A stretch of DNA of 64,000 bases from Paragordius varius (taxonomy: Eukaryota > Animalia > Nematomorpha): the NCBI GenBank assembly GCA_964247055.1, contig OZ176055.1, positions 186,001 through 250,000 on the forward strand, read 5' to 3'. Position 1 is the stretch's first letter. Every line of letters starts with the position of its first letter. Under the pieces are notes generated by a model, which was not told where the DNA came from, searched no databases, and saw only the letters and a program-made list of their open reading frames with translations. Made by a program: the position numbers and the translations under genes. This document shows, piece after piece, positions 11,714 to 24,900 of this stretch.

Positions 11714-13100
11714 ATATTGTATAGAAGAAAAAGCTTTATTTTATTGGGAAATTATATTTTTACAATTTTATAGAGTCGATTGATATTTTCACATAAAAAT
11801 GCATATTTAAAAAATAGTATGAGCCAAAACCACCAAAATTTTTAACTACATTTTTTATCAATATTTTTTTGTATATCATTAGATTTATTAGAAAGATATG
11901 ATTTTATACCATATACATGTACATATCTTTGAAAAATATATTTTGAGATGGGTTATTTTTTTCTAAAAAAATTGCAATATAGTTACATAAATAGATATAC
12001 TTTATGTGCAAAAAAACATTCCACCTATATCCATTTTAAATTTAAATAATAAATTTACTATATTGTGAAATGTTAAAGTTAGTACAATTTCTTGGAAAAC
12101 TTACATAATTTATTTAAATCTATAGCAATTTCAAAACCTAAATGTGCTTTCTTTGATTCATAATATAACTAAATATTATTGATTACTAGGCAATTTTCCA
12201 GAAAACGTACAATATTAACTGCGCAAAATTCTTTCATATATACTTAGGCATATAATAAAAATTATGGGGGTAGGCAATTTTCCGGAAAACGTAAAAAATG
12301 TTTCTTTGCGCCTCATGTCATTCTTGAAAAGGACATTTATTTAATATAGCTTTGTTTTTGTTTTAGCTATTCTCTGGGTACAATATTGTCATTCACATTA
12401 AAAATTCTCTATATTTTCATTATTTAGCCTACAATAAAATAAGATATACTATGATTAGCGTGAAAAGTTTTGAAAACCTAAAATTTTTTTTAGAAGAAAT
12501 TATATTATAAATCTATCGTCTAAATATTTCAATTTATTTTCATATAACAGTTTTTACAATAAAATACACATGTATATATAAGCTAATGACTTGAATAATT
12601 GCCACATTTTTCGATAAATAAAGAAAAAATTTGTTTGCTAAAATACATTTCTATTCTTGATTCAAAAAATTTGTAAGCTAAATATGCGTACATATATATT
12701 AATATTAATTAAATAATTTTCAAAACACATGATCGTGAATGAATGAAAATCAGCCGACTAGATCAAATTTATGAGCGGGAGAATTGGTGGTTGATCCATC
12801 ATTCAATTCAAACCTAACATATAAAAAAATTATTTTAAAATATTTTAATAATAAAACCAAAAAAATTATTTTATTATATTTTAATATCTAAATAATTTAT
12901 TAAAACAAAAATATATATATTTAACACCAAAAATGAAATAGATATATTGATAAAATATATTACATCATTACATAACAAAAGCAAGCAGAAATTAAACAGA
13001 AAAAGCGATAGATGGGTATATTATTGACTCAAAAGGTTCCTTTTTAATTGATTAATTGATTGATGTTTATAAAAGTTTTAAATCAACGGAATCAATCATA

Positions 13101-13412
13101 CAGTAAAAATTGAATTTATACGGAAGGAAAAAACTTAAAAATATAGAGACAAATATTTTTTTTAAAAAACAACCAACCATACTTTTTAACCACTTTAATT
13201 TTTCTCATATAAAAATCATTTAATTACAATTGTAAAATATATATATAATTGATTGTTACCAATATACATCTCTATTATGTACTTTGCAATTCAAAACAAT
13301 GAGTTATCTTTTTTAAAAAAATCAAGATTAACATATGGTTGGTTATCATTTAGAAAAAAAATATCTGTCTTTATATTTTACCATTTTGTCCGTATAAATC
13401 AAATTTTTACTG
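13101..13412. mobile_element. MITE family B
   Basis: TA|CAGT...ACTG|TA. Confidence 0.82.
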
Positions 13413-13841
13413 TAATTAGATTTCAAACATATAAGACTGTAATAAAAATTACTTGCTACTTTATAGACAAAAGTTATTTAAAAAACATGTGAATAATTAT
13501 TAAGATTTTGTTAAAAAGCATTGGGTTAAAAATAACATAATAAATATTTTACCTTAAATATCATTTTTGAATGTTTTTAATACAAAATAACCCATATTAA
13601 TAACAAAAACACTTTATAAATTCTCCAACAATTTTTTTTATCTAATAAAAGGATGCCATTTAAAAGAGCCTTTGAGCCAATTATATATACCCTACTTTTT
13701 TGCGTATAAAAAATAAAAATAAGGTAAGACATGCCATAATAAGATAGATAGTTAGATAGATTGATAGTTTGAGAAATAATTTAGCATTTTCTGTGCATAT
13801 TCTTTGCATAATTGTTGAATTTCAATCAAAATTATTCCAGA

Positions 13842-16800
13842 TCAGCTGATTTGAATTGAATTTGCATATGGCGGGAACTGAGTAGATAAAAATGATAATT
13901 TTCTTTTCCATTTATGTTTGACGGGTTGATTTTTCATGCAATACCTTTTTTTATTACGAAGATTAAAATTATTATGGTGATGAAACAATGTTGTAGCAAC
14001 ATTATTTGATTGAATCCTTAAAACAAAGGAAAGTTTTTTGAAAAAAAACAGAGAAAATTAAATAAGCAGATATAGAATACATAAAAAGCAGTAAAAAAAT
14101 CATGCAAAACTATATATAATTGTCTTTTAAAAATAAAATTTGTATAAATCTCAATATTTAACATAAAAAGCCGTAATATATATATATATTATATACCATA
14201 AACTCCTTGGTTCATTCAATTCAATTTGACTCAAATCTATTTCAGACTGTTCAATTAAAGAATTATGATTATAATAAAATAAATTAAATAAAGATAAAAA
14301 TGTTAAATTAAAGGACAAATGCTATTAATTCTCTCTATATAAATTATTTACAGTAAAATTGAAATTATACACACAAAAACGTAAAATTTAAAACAATTAT
14401 TTTTTTCTGAAAGACAACCCATTTTTTCTAAAATAAATTTATTTAAAAAATTACTGATTATTTTAGGTTGAAAAATGGGATTACATATGAACATTGTGTT
14501 AATTTATACAATTATATTATTTAAAAATAATGTATTGAAATATTTCATATAGAAAAATTAAAGTTTGAAAAGGCAAGGTTGTTTTTGGAATCTAAAATAT
14601 TAGTCTTTATATTTTTACATTTTGTCCTTCCGTACTATTTCAACTTTTACTGTAATTAAAATTTAATGTTGTTATAAAATGATTGGTCATATAACTATTA
14701 ATTGACATCTCTATTTCATACTTTTTGAGTTGAAACAAGAAATTATATTTATAAATATATCAGAAACAGTACTTTGGTCTTTTCAAAAAAATATACTTGT
14801 CCCTTGATTTTATATTTTGTCCATATAATTCTAAATTTTGAAATAAAAACCCGATCAGCTGTTTTTTGATATAAAATAAAATTTATAAAAAACATTTTTT
14901 CGAAAACCAAAACAAATCAGCTGTTATTTTGAATAAAACAAAGCAATAAACTTGTCCCAAAGTAGTGTCCGCTTTGAGAAATCCGCCCTCATTTTTGACA
15001 GTCACCTGTATGCGTTTAAAGGGGATTTCTTCCTTAGGAATGCTCCATTCAAATCTAACAAGGAAAAGATTTTTGAAAAATAGGGTTTAAAAAATAAGGA
15101 AAAATATATGATTTATACTGTGATATAACCCTTTTAAAATTATTAATTTAAAGACTCTTATAGGATTATATAAAAAGATAACCAACTTAATCAAGCAAAA
15201 AATTCACAAATCATAAAAAATGTTGGAAAAAATTCAAAAAAAAGTTCAAGATATCATATTAATGCAAAAATTTTTTAATCATTACTAAAATTATATTTTT
15301 TTAAGAATATTTTATAAATAATCTTACCTTTCATTAAAAGTTGGATTGAGTGAATTCTTAATGACAACACTTTTGCGTTTTGGACTTTCCTTGAAACCCG
15401 TGGTGGGGAGCATTTCAAATTTAACATACGGACTGGCATTCGATAAATCACCGTGAATATTTAAATTTCTAACCCAAAAAAATAAAATAAAAAATTATTT
15501 TTATTATAAATATAATTTTGTTAAATATACCATTTGCCCTTCAAGAGTGTTGAACACTTCAAGTTGGTCCTTATTAAATTTTGATTCAACCATAATTGAA
15601 TTTATATTTTTTATTTTATTATATATTAACCTGATTTTCTTTAATTATTATATATCTTTTAATTTAAAACCTAAATTATTATTGAAAAACCACTTTTTTG
15701 TTTCAAACTATTTTTTTTCAATTGAACAAAATTATTAACTTTTATATTTTTTCATATAAAATTTAAATTAATAACCCAGAAAACTTGTATGTTTTTTCAT
15801 TTCATGTTAAAATCTTATGAATATCCAAAATTATTTTAAGAATTTGATAAATATATACGGTTTCTCAAAGATTAAAAGTTGATATCGATTTAAAATTTAT
15901 GTTAAACAATAGAAAATAAGTTAAAAACAATAAAAAGGATAAATTATTTACGATTTGATTGATAAAAGTTAAAAACAAAACAAAAAAGTGAAAGGACCAA
16001 CTTGAAGTGTTTAAGGACACTCTTGAAGTGCAAATGGTAAATTTTAAAATAATAGATTATACTCGACACGTTCCAGCAAAATAATGAATTTGTGTTGTGG
16101 GTCATCGTAAAAGAAGTTCATTAAAACACGTGGTCCACTATATCAGATAAAATGAAAAAAAAATAATAAAATATCAAATAAAAAAATATAACTATCATAA
16201 AATAATAAAAAAATGTTTAAAATAACCCTAAAAACTAAATTTCATTTCCAAAAATTATAAAATTAAAATAAATTTCAAACACAGGTCCGCGGTGTTTCAA
16301 ATATTCTTGATCAGCTGATGGATGAATGAACAAATTCCCGTCACGTGGAGTCAAATCAACACCCATTGGTGGAGCAGGCATAATGGGGATTGGGGCACCC
16401 CCTATTGCCCCATACATTCTATTTTTTTTAATGTAAAATAAAAATATAAAATTAAAATATATAAAAATAATTTTTTTGAAATATAAAAATAATATATATT
16501 ATTAGATAAAAATTTTACATACATAAATTTTTTTTTATAAAAAAATATACCTAATATCATCGCCATTCTGTTCCATCAAAGAATTGTGTCTAAAACATAT
16601 ATTTTTTCTTATAGATCAATAATTATAAACAATAACTAATTTTATTATAATATTAACGAATATTAATAATATTTTACTAAGTTAATTACACAATTTATAT
16701 GTATATATATATATATAAATTAAAAAAAAAATAAATTAAATTGTATATTAGAACTTTTCAGTTTAAAAATATATCTCATTTTTAAATAAATTTTATTGAA

Positions 16801-19800
16801 ACCTTCGCCCCTGTTCATCGTAATAAATGCCAGGCGGTCCGCGGGCATAATAGTCATTGCCAGCAAGGGCGTAATTTAACCCAAAGCTCTCTTCATCAGC
16901 TGATTGGTCAGTATAGGAGCCATCTATTAAAATTATTCATATTTTTATGGATTATTTCAATCAATCAATCAAATTTAATTGCGAGTATTTAGAAAAAATT
17001 TTATTAAAAAATTTAGTTTGGTCAGAAAATTAGTTTTAGAACCATTATCTTGATAAAATTGTTAAAAATTGAAAATGTTTTTAAAAAAGATAAAAAATAC
17101 CGGTAGGACCAGCTGATGGCTGACGGGCTGCGTTGCCCGTGGCAACCAAACCCCTGAGACCAGGATCATGTTCCAGCTGTTGGGCTAATTCTCCTTTCTT
17201 AAAAGCTAACGGGTCCGGACCACTCCTTAACATCTGTTATAAATACATATGATAAATGAGTGAATGAAAATAAAAGGGTTCTTGGTAAAAACATATGGAA
17301 TACATATAATTTAGTAAATAATGTGAATTAATTTAATTTGAACATATATATTAATAAATTAAAAAATTGTTATATTTACAAAAAAGTAAAAAAATTAAAT
17401 TATTAGCTAATTTTTAAAAAAATTCACTAAATGCAATTAATATTAAAAAATTTACACATATCTTATATTTGATAAGAAAAATTCAAGCAAAAATGTAAAA
17501 AAATTTAAATACATGTACATAATTCAACATCTATCAAAAAAACATAAAAATATATATATAAATTCAAAATATAAATATATTTTTAAGATCCAAATTAATT
17601 TCAAAAACATATAATTGTCTCAAAAACATATGTTTACCCTAAGTGACATGATAAGTACAATTTGGGCATCATTGTACCCCTTAGAGGTTAGAGGGAAACT
17701 TTGTTTCTTATCGAAATGGGCTTCATCCAGCAATTTGCCGACCGGGTAGGTCATTGAACCCAAACTTTTCCCGCTTTTTTCATCTTTCACCTGTATGTTT
17801 GAAATTTAATTAAAATTTTAAAAAATTAAAAAACAAAATTATGTTTTAAATTATTTAAGCAGTACTAAACTTATTTAATAAACTATGGGAAAAGATATTA
17901 TTTATCATATGTTAAACATTCAACATAATTTTTTTATTTAATGTAATAACTCATATCCATAACATAACTTATGTTGTTTCAATACATTTTATTTAAAAAA
18001 AAGTTTATTATTTTGATTGAAATTTTTTATATTTTATCAGAAAATTAAAAAATATAAAATAAGCTGAGCATGGAATTTTAAATCAAAAGTTTAAATCAAA
18101 AACCTTTTGATATACTAAATACATATTACTTTATATTTTTTTTAAACATAGAGTAAAAATTGAAATTATACGGAAGGACAAAACGTAAACATATAAAGAC
18201 AAATTTTTTTTCAAAAAATAACCACACTTTGTTTAACCTTAACTTATCTTATGAAAATCATTTGATTACAATTGTGAAATACATATTGATTGTGTTACCA
18301 ATATACAACTCTATTATAAAATTTGCAATTAAAACAATAAAAATATAAAAAATAATTAAGGTTTAAAATAATATGGTTGGTTGTCTTTTGAAAAAAATAT
18401 TTGTCTTTATATTTTTACGTTTTGTCCTTCCGTATAATTTCAATTTTTAAAACAATTTTATTAAAAAAAAATTATAAAAATTTTATTCAAAAAAATTTAT
18501 AAAAAATTTTAAATAGAAAGAAACCTCAATATTGAGCGTAGCAAGTGTAGGATTATTAACTAAAAGCGTGAAACATTGTTCCCAAACCGGATTTGTAGTT
18601 TTCGGTTTTGCTTGAGTTTTATAACCACTTTGTTCAGAATTTATTACCTGATTTTTTCAAAAATATATTTTTTCAAAAATATTATATTTAGAATATTAAT
18701 AAATTATATAAAAATACTTAAAATTAAAAAAAAAGTTATAAAATCAAAAAGAGATATTTATTTAAAGTAATTTAAAATACTTAAATATTTATAGATGACA
18801 CACATAAAAAATTTAAATCAATGCCAAAAATTCCCAATCTTTTTGAAAAAAAAATTCGCAACTTAACAATCATAAATAAACATGATGAATTCGCTTTAAA
18901 TTTAAAACCGTTGGTTTTAAGAGAAAAAATGTAGATTTGAGTAAAAAAATATTGATTTAAAATGGAAAAATTATAAATTTAAGAAAAAAATTGACTTTTT
19001 ATGGAAAAAATGTTGATCTAAAAATAGAATAAATTATAAATTTAAGAAAAAGATGACCTTTAAAGGAAAAAATATTTTGAAAGTGGAAAAAATTATAAAT
19101 AAAAAAAAGTTAACTTTAAGAGAAAAAATGTTGATAAAATGAGAAAAAAATATTGATTTAAGAAAAAATAATTATAAATTTAAAAAAAATTTGACTTTAA
19201 TGGCAAAAAATGTTGATTTATATAATTTTAAGAAAAAATATTAATTTTGAGAAAAATGTTGGTTTTAAGTGGAAAAATTATAAATTTAAAAAAAATTGAC
19301 TCTAAGAGAAAAATTAATTGAAAACATAAATTTAAGAAAAACTGTTGACTAGAAAATGGAAAAATATTGACCTTAAGAAAAATTTGACTTTAAAAGGAAA
19401 AAAATTAACTTTTAGTGGAAAAAATATTAATTTTGAAAAAAATGTTGGTTTTAAGTGGAAAAACCATACATTTATAAAAAATTTAATTTTAAAACAAAAA
19501 ATATTGACTTTAAAAACAAAAAAGGTTGATTTAAAATGTCAAAAAACTAATACGACCTTGTTGATAACATTAGTATTTTTAATGTCGCCTTTGTTGGAGG
19601 CATTACTCATAACACCCTCACCCCCGACAATACTAAGGATGGCTTGAGGATTGGGTTCTGCCGCAATATCAAGGGGGAACTAACCCATCCAGAAAAATGA
19701 AAAGTCAAAAAAATTTATTTTGAAAAAGTGTTAAAAAGGGTTAAAAAAGCTTAATTTTTGAACAAAAATGTTTTAAAAAGTTAAACTAATTTATATTTTG

Positions 19801-21875
19801 AAAAAGTGATGTTTGTGTTTGAAAATATACGAAATATACTTAAAAATTGTAAGAAATTTTTTGAAAAATTGTTTAAAAAATATACGATTAAATAATATAC
19901 TTAAAAATTGTAAATTTTTTTTGAAAGACGTTTATAAGAAAATTTCAAAGAAATATTCTCAGATATCCATATTTTTTTAATAAAATTGATATATTCATTT
20001 TTTAAAATTATAAAGAATTTAAGATATTAACTATATATCCCAACATATTATAAAGTCTATAAATTTTTTTTTCCATATTTTCGAAAAAATGTTTAAAACA
20101 AAACATACCAAACAATTGGAAAAAAGAAAACAATTAGCTCGATATAAACTGATAAAATTGAACAAAAATATATTATTATATATGTCTTTTAGATATTATC
20201 AAACCTTTTTAAAATATTTTCAAAAATAAAAAATCTTACAGGTAAATTCTTGGCCGAATCGACATAAATAACGAGGATAGCTGTGCTGAGAGAACCTCGA
20301 ATTCCACGCCTCAAATACTCATTTTCAATGATAATTAACTCGTTTTTCAGAATGGCCAAGCTTTGATTCTTATTCGTTTCAACTAATCTGTGGATTTAGT
20401 TGGAAAAAAAACCTCCATAAAATTTAATGGATAAAATAAAATTTGATTACATACTTGTTAAAATAGGTAAAATAGGTATTTTCTTTTCATACAAAAATAC
20501 GCAAAAAACATGCAAATCCTTATGCTCGAACAGGTATTAATAAAAATCTTATATAAAAAATTACAAAAAACACCAAACGGGGAAAATAAAAATTCCAATT
20601 CCTTAAAAAATTAACTAATGTATAAAATCTATTTAAACCATTCAATTCTCAATTCCTTTAAATTAATAAAATCCATTTAAACCATTCAATTCTCAATTCC
20701 TTAAAATCTCAAATAATTTCTTAAAACCTAAAAACTAAAATTCTTTAACAAATTCCTTTTAAAAATCCTTAAAAAAAGTAAGTAAAACAAACTTTTGATC
20801 ATTCAACGATACATTATCTTCATTGGGTCGGCGTTCAAAACTTTCGCTATAACTGTCCCTCATGTCACGTGGAGACGGTTGTTTCCGTTTAATTTCATTG
20901 TCATGAATCCGAGCTTGGTCCCCCCTTGTAGAAATTTCTTCCGTTTTAACCGTTTTACTTAACGGATCCTTGATTTGGCCTATAGTAATGGGCGCTATAG
21001 GTTTTAACCATTCAACCCGAGCATGTAAGTCCCCGTGTTTCGCGTCCTCCAAATTAAAATTCTAGAAAAATTAAATAATTAAATATTTTTTAATTTTAAA
21101 TATTTATTATCTTTAATTAAATATTTTTTTAAAAAAGGGAATATAAATGATTAAATTTAATTAAAAATTATTAATTTTGATAATAAAAAATTTTAATCAA
21201 ATTTTCTTTGCAAATGGAATTAGAAAAGTGTTTTATAAATTGAAATAACTTAAAAAACAACAATTTGATGGCAAAATATAAATTGAAATGATAAATTATT
21301 TTAGAAAATATTCCTTCTTAAATTAAAATTTTTTTTACAGATTATTAAAAAATATTACTTTTATGATAAATTAAATTAAAATTATTAATATTTTTAATTA
21401 ATTTTCTATAGATTTTAAAAAAACATCTTTTCGTGTAATTTTTTTGTTAAAAAATTTTGATGGCAAAAATGAAATAAATTATATAAATAAAATTTTGTGA
21501 AAAGAAATATGGATTTATTAGGAGAATATAAAATTTTAAATGAAAATGGCTTCTTAAATGGTAAAAATATTTCTAAAATTACAAAAACTTAATATTAATA
21601 ATCATATAAATTTATTAATATTATTATCAATAATAAAATAAAGTGAAATATTTAAAATAAAAAATATTAAAAAATAAAAAAGTTAATCAAGATTTTATTA
21701 AAAATAATATTTTTTGAAACTTATTTTCAAGGGTAAATATTATTACGGAATCGATCAAGCCTTGTTTCATAATAGATTCCATATCCAGGGACATCCTGGA
21801 AATTAAATAATTTAAAAAAATTAAAAATAATTATATAAATATATTATTTAAATTTTTTAATTTTGTTTCAATATT

Positions 21876-21922
<47 letters not shown>

Positions 21923-24900
21923 TATTTTTTAAGGAATATATTAAATATTAATATTTAATATAAATATACATATATATAAATATTTAATAAAAAAAATTTA
22001 AATTTTTTTGTTAAGAATAAAAAATTTTCTTAAAAAAATAAATATTATAAAAATTAATTTTTAAATTGAATTTATATTAAATTTATAAAAAATTAATATA
22101 ATTCAAAATTAAAACAATTTTATTGTTATATAAAAAAACTTTAAATATATAAAAAAAAGTTAAAAAAAATTAAATTTTTTTAGATAAAAAAAAATAATTA
22201 TTTTTCTCACCTGCCCAAAAAATCATCTTTATTGGGGTCATGATCCATAACTGAAATCTCAAGCCTTTGCCCAAATGGTTCGTCTACAATTGCCTTTTAT
22301 CAAAAATAAAAAAATAGAAATTCAAATAATTTAAAAAAAAATATTTAAAAAAAATAAAAAAAATTAATTAATTTTTATATAAAAAAATTTTATAAATTCA
22401 AAAAAAGTAAAAAATAAAAAAATAATTATATAAAAAATAAATTTTTATAAAAACAATAAAAATAAAAACCAAATTTAAATAAAATGAAAAATTTATAAAA
22501 AAATTTTTGAAATAAAATAATTATAAAATAAATTTTATAAAAACATTAAAGAATTTAAAATTAATAAATTTAAATAAAATTAAAAATGGTAATAAATTAA
22601 AAAAAAATAAATAAAATAAAAGATATATAATAAAATTTTTATTAATACCAACTTTATTCAATGATTTAAAATAAAATTATAAAAAATAATTAAAAAAATA
22701 TAAAAATTTAAATAGAAATATAAAATTAATAATTAAAGATTTTAATTTTAAAATAATTTAAATTAAGAAAAGTTTTTAAATAAATCGAAAAAAACCTCAA
22801 AAGCTTCATTCCATATGGGATTCAAATTATTATTTACAATGGATGTCCTGAATTCCTTGGCCCCAACTAATTTTTTAAAATTAAAATAAATTAAAAACTA
22901 AAATAAATTAAAAAATAAAAAAATAAAAAATTAAATAAAATCAAATAAAATTTATTATCTATAACAAAATAAATATATATTTAAATAATATAAAAAATAT
23001 AAAAATTAAAAAATATATATAAAAATTTATGAATGAATATATAAAAATTTAGATTTATATATAAAAGAAAAAAATAAAACAAAAATAAATAAAAAAAATA
23101 ATTATTAGTTGTTAGAAAATAATTTTTTAAAAAATGGGTAATAACAATAAAATATATAATTTTTTATTTATTTTTTTAATTTTGAAAAAAAAAAATATAA
23201 ATTAAAAATTACAAAATTAAAAAATATTTAAATTCAAAAATATAATATATTTTTGAATAATTTAAAATTTTCATAATTAATTTTTTTTAGATAATTTAAT
23301 ATTTTTCATATATGATTTTTTGGTAATATTTTATAAACAATATTTTTTGATAATTAAAATTTTCATAAATAATTTTTTTTCAATAAATTAAATTTTTAAA
23401 TTATTTTTTTTTAAAATAAACCGGTAATTTTAGCATAAGGATCGGACTTTCTGCCCAAAATACTGATATCGGCATTCACTAAATTATGGGCTGAGAATAG
23501 GGTTATTCGAACAACTCCCTAATAAATAAAATCGAAAAAAATATATTTAAATTTAAAATAAAAAAGAAAAAATTTAAATAAAAATTAAAATAAATATATA
23601 AAATGTAAAATATTTAAATTTAAATAAAAATATAAAAAAAATTAAAAAAATCTAAAAAAATTAATAAAAAAACATTTAAATAAGAGAAGCATTATTATAT
23701 TAAAAAATAATAATTTAAATAATTAAATTTAAATAACATATAAATTAATGTAAAAAATAAATAAAAAATTTAAATGACATATAAATTAAAATATGAAAAT
23801 AAAATATTAATAAAATATTCTTATTATTTAAAATTAACAACAAAACCTATGAGTTAAATTGTTAAAAATCTCTTAAATACAATATAATTTTATCATTAAA
23901 ACAAATATTTAATTTAAAAAATAAAAAAAATATAATAAAAATAATATAAAATTAATAAAATAAAAAAAAAATTAAAATTAAAAAATATTTAATTATAAAA
24001 ATAATAAAAATAATGATAATAAATATACCAATTTGTAAAAATAAATAATTTAATAGAAAATAATATAAAAAAAATAGAAAAAATATAATAATAATATAAA
24101 ATAAAAAAAAAAAAATAAAAAAATTATTTAACTTTAGGAATGAAATATTTGATTTGTTGGGATTCAATATCCTTGGAAAGAATAAGGCCGAATTTGTTGG
24201 GAATTACAATCATAGAAGCTACGACATCCATCATAACTTTACGTAATAAGTCTCTAAAAAAAATAAAAAAAAATTTAAAAAATTTAAAAAATTTAAAAAA
24301 TAAGTTTTAAAAATAAAAAAATATAAAAATAAAAAAAATATAAAAAAAAAATTTTAAAAATAAAACAAAAATAAAAAATTACATTTTAAAAATAAAAAAA
24401 ATAAAAAAAAATATAAAACAACTTTAAAAATAAAAAAAATATAAAAAAAATAAATTTTAAAAATAAAAAAATATAAAAATAATAAAAAAATATAAAAAAA
24501 ATAAAAAAATATAAAAATAAAAAAAATAAAAAAAAATATAAAATAACTAAATTTTAAAAATAAAAATAATTGTTCATGAAAAGAAAAGATGTTTAAAAAT
24601 TAAAGCAAACTTAAAAAACTACAGTAAAAATTGAAATTATACGGAAGGACAAAACGTAAAAATATAGATACAAAATTTTAATATTAAAAGACAACCCCAT
24701 ACTATTTTAAACCTTAATTTATCCTATAAAAATCATTTTATTACAATAGTTAAATACATAATTAATATTCCTAATTCACATCAGTATTTAATGTAAAGTT
24801 TAAAAATGAGTTATATATTTAAATCAAGATTTTAAAAGTATAGTTGTCTTTTAGAAAAAAAATATTTGTCTTTATATTTTTAATTTTTCTTCCGTATAAT

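Noticed and set aside
12187-12293. 23-bp direct repeat TAGGCAATTTTCC(A/G)GAAAACGTA, two copies
   Set aside because: Only two copies with no associated termini or ORF; probably a local duplication.
13253-13492. Track ORFs within MITEs and AT-rich DNA (also 7781-7993, 18160-18348, 23952-24167, 34219-34401, 45915-46196, 56521-56745)
   Set aside because: F/I/K/Y/L-biased products of transposon or low-complexity sequence, often with non-ATG starts and no motifs.
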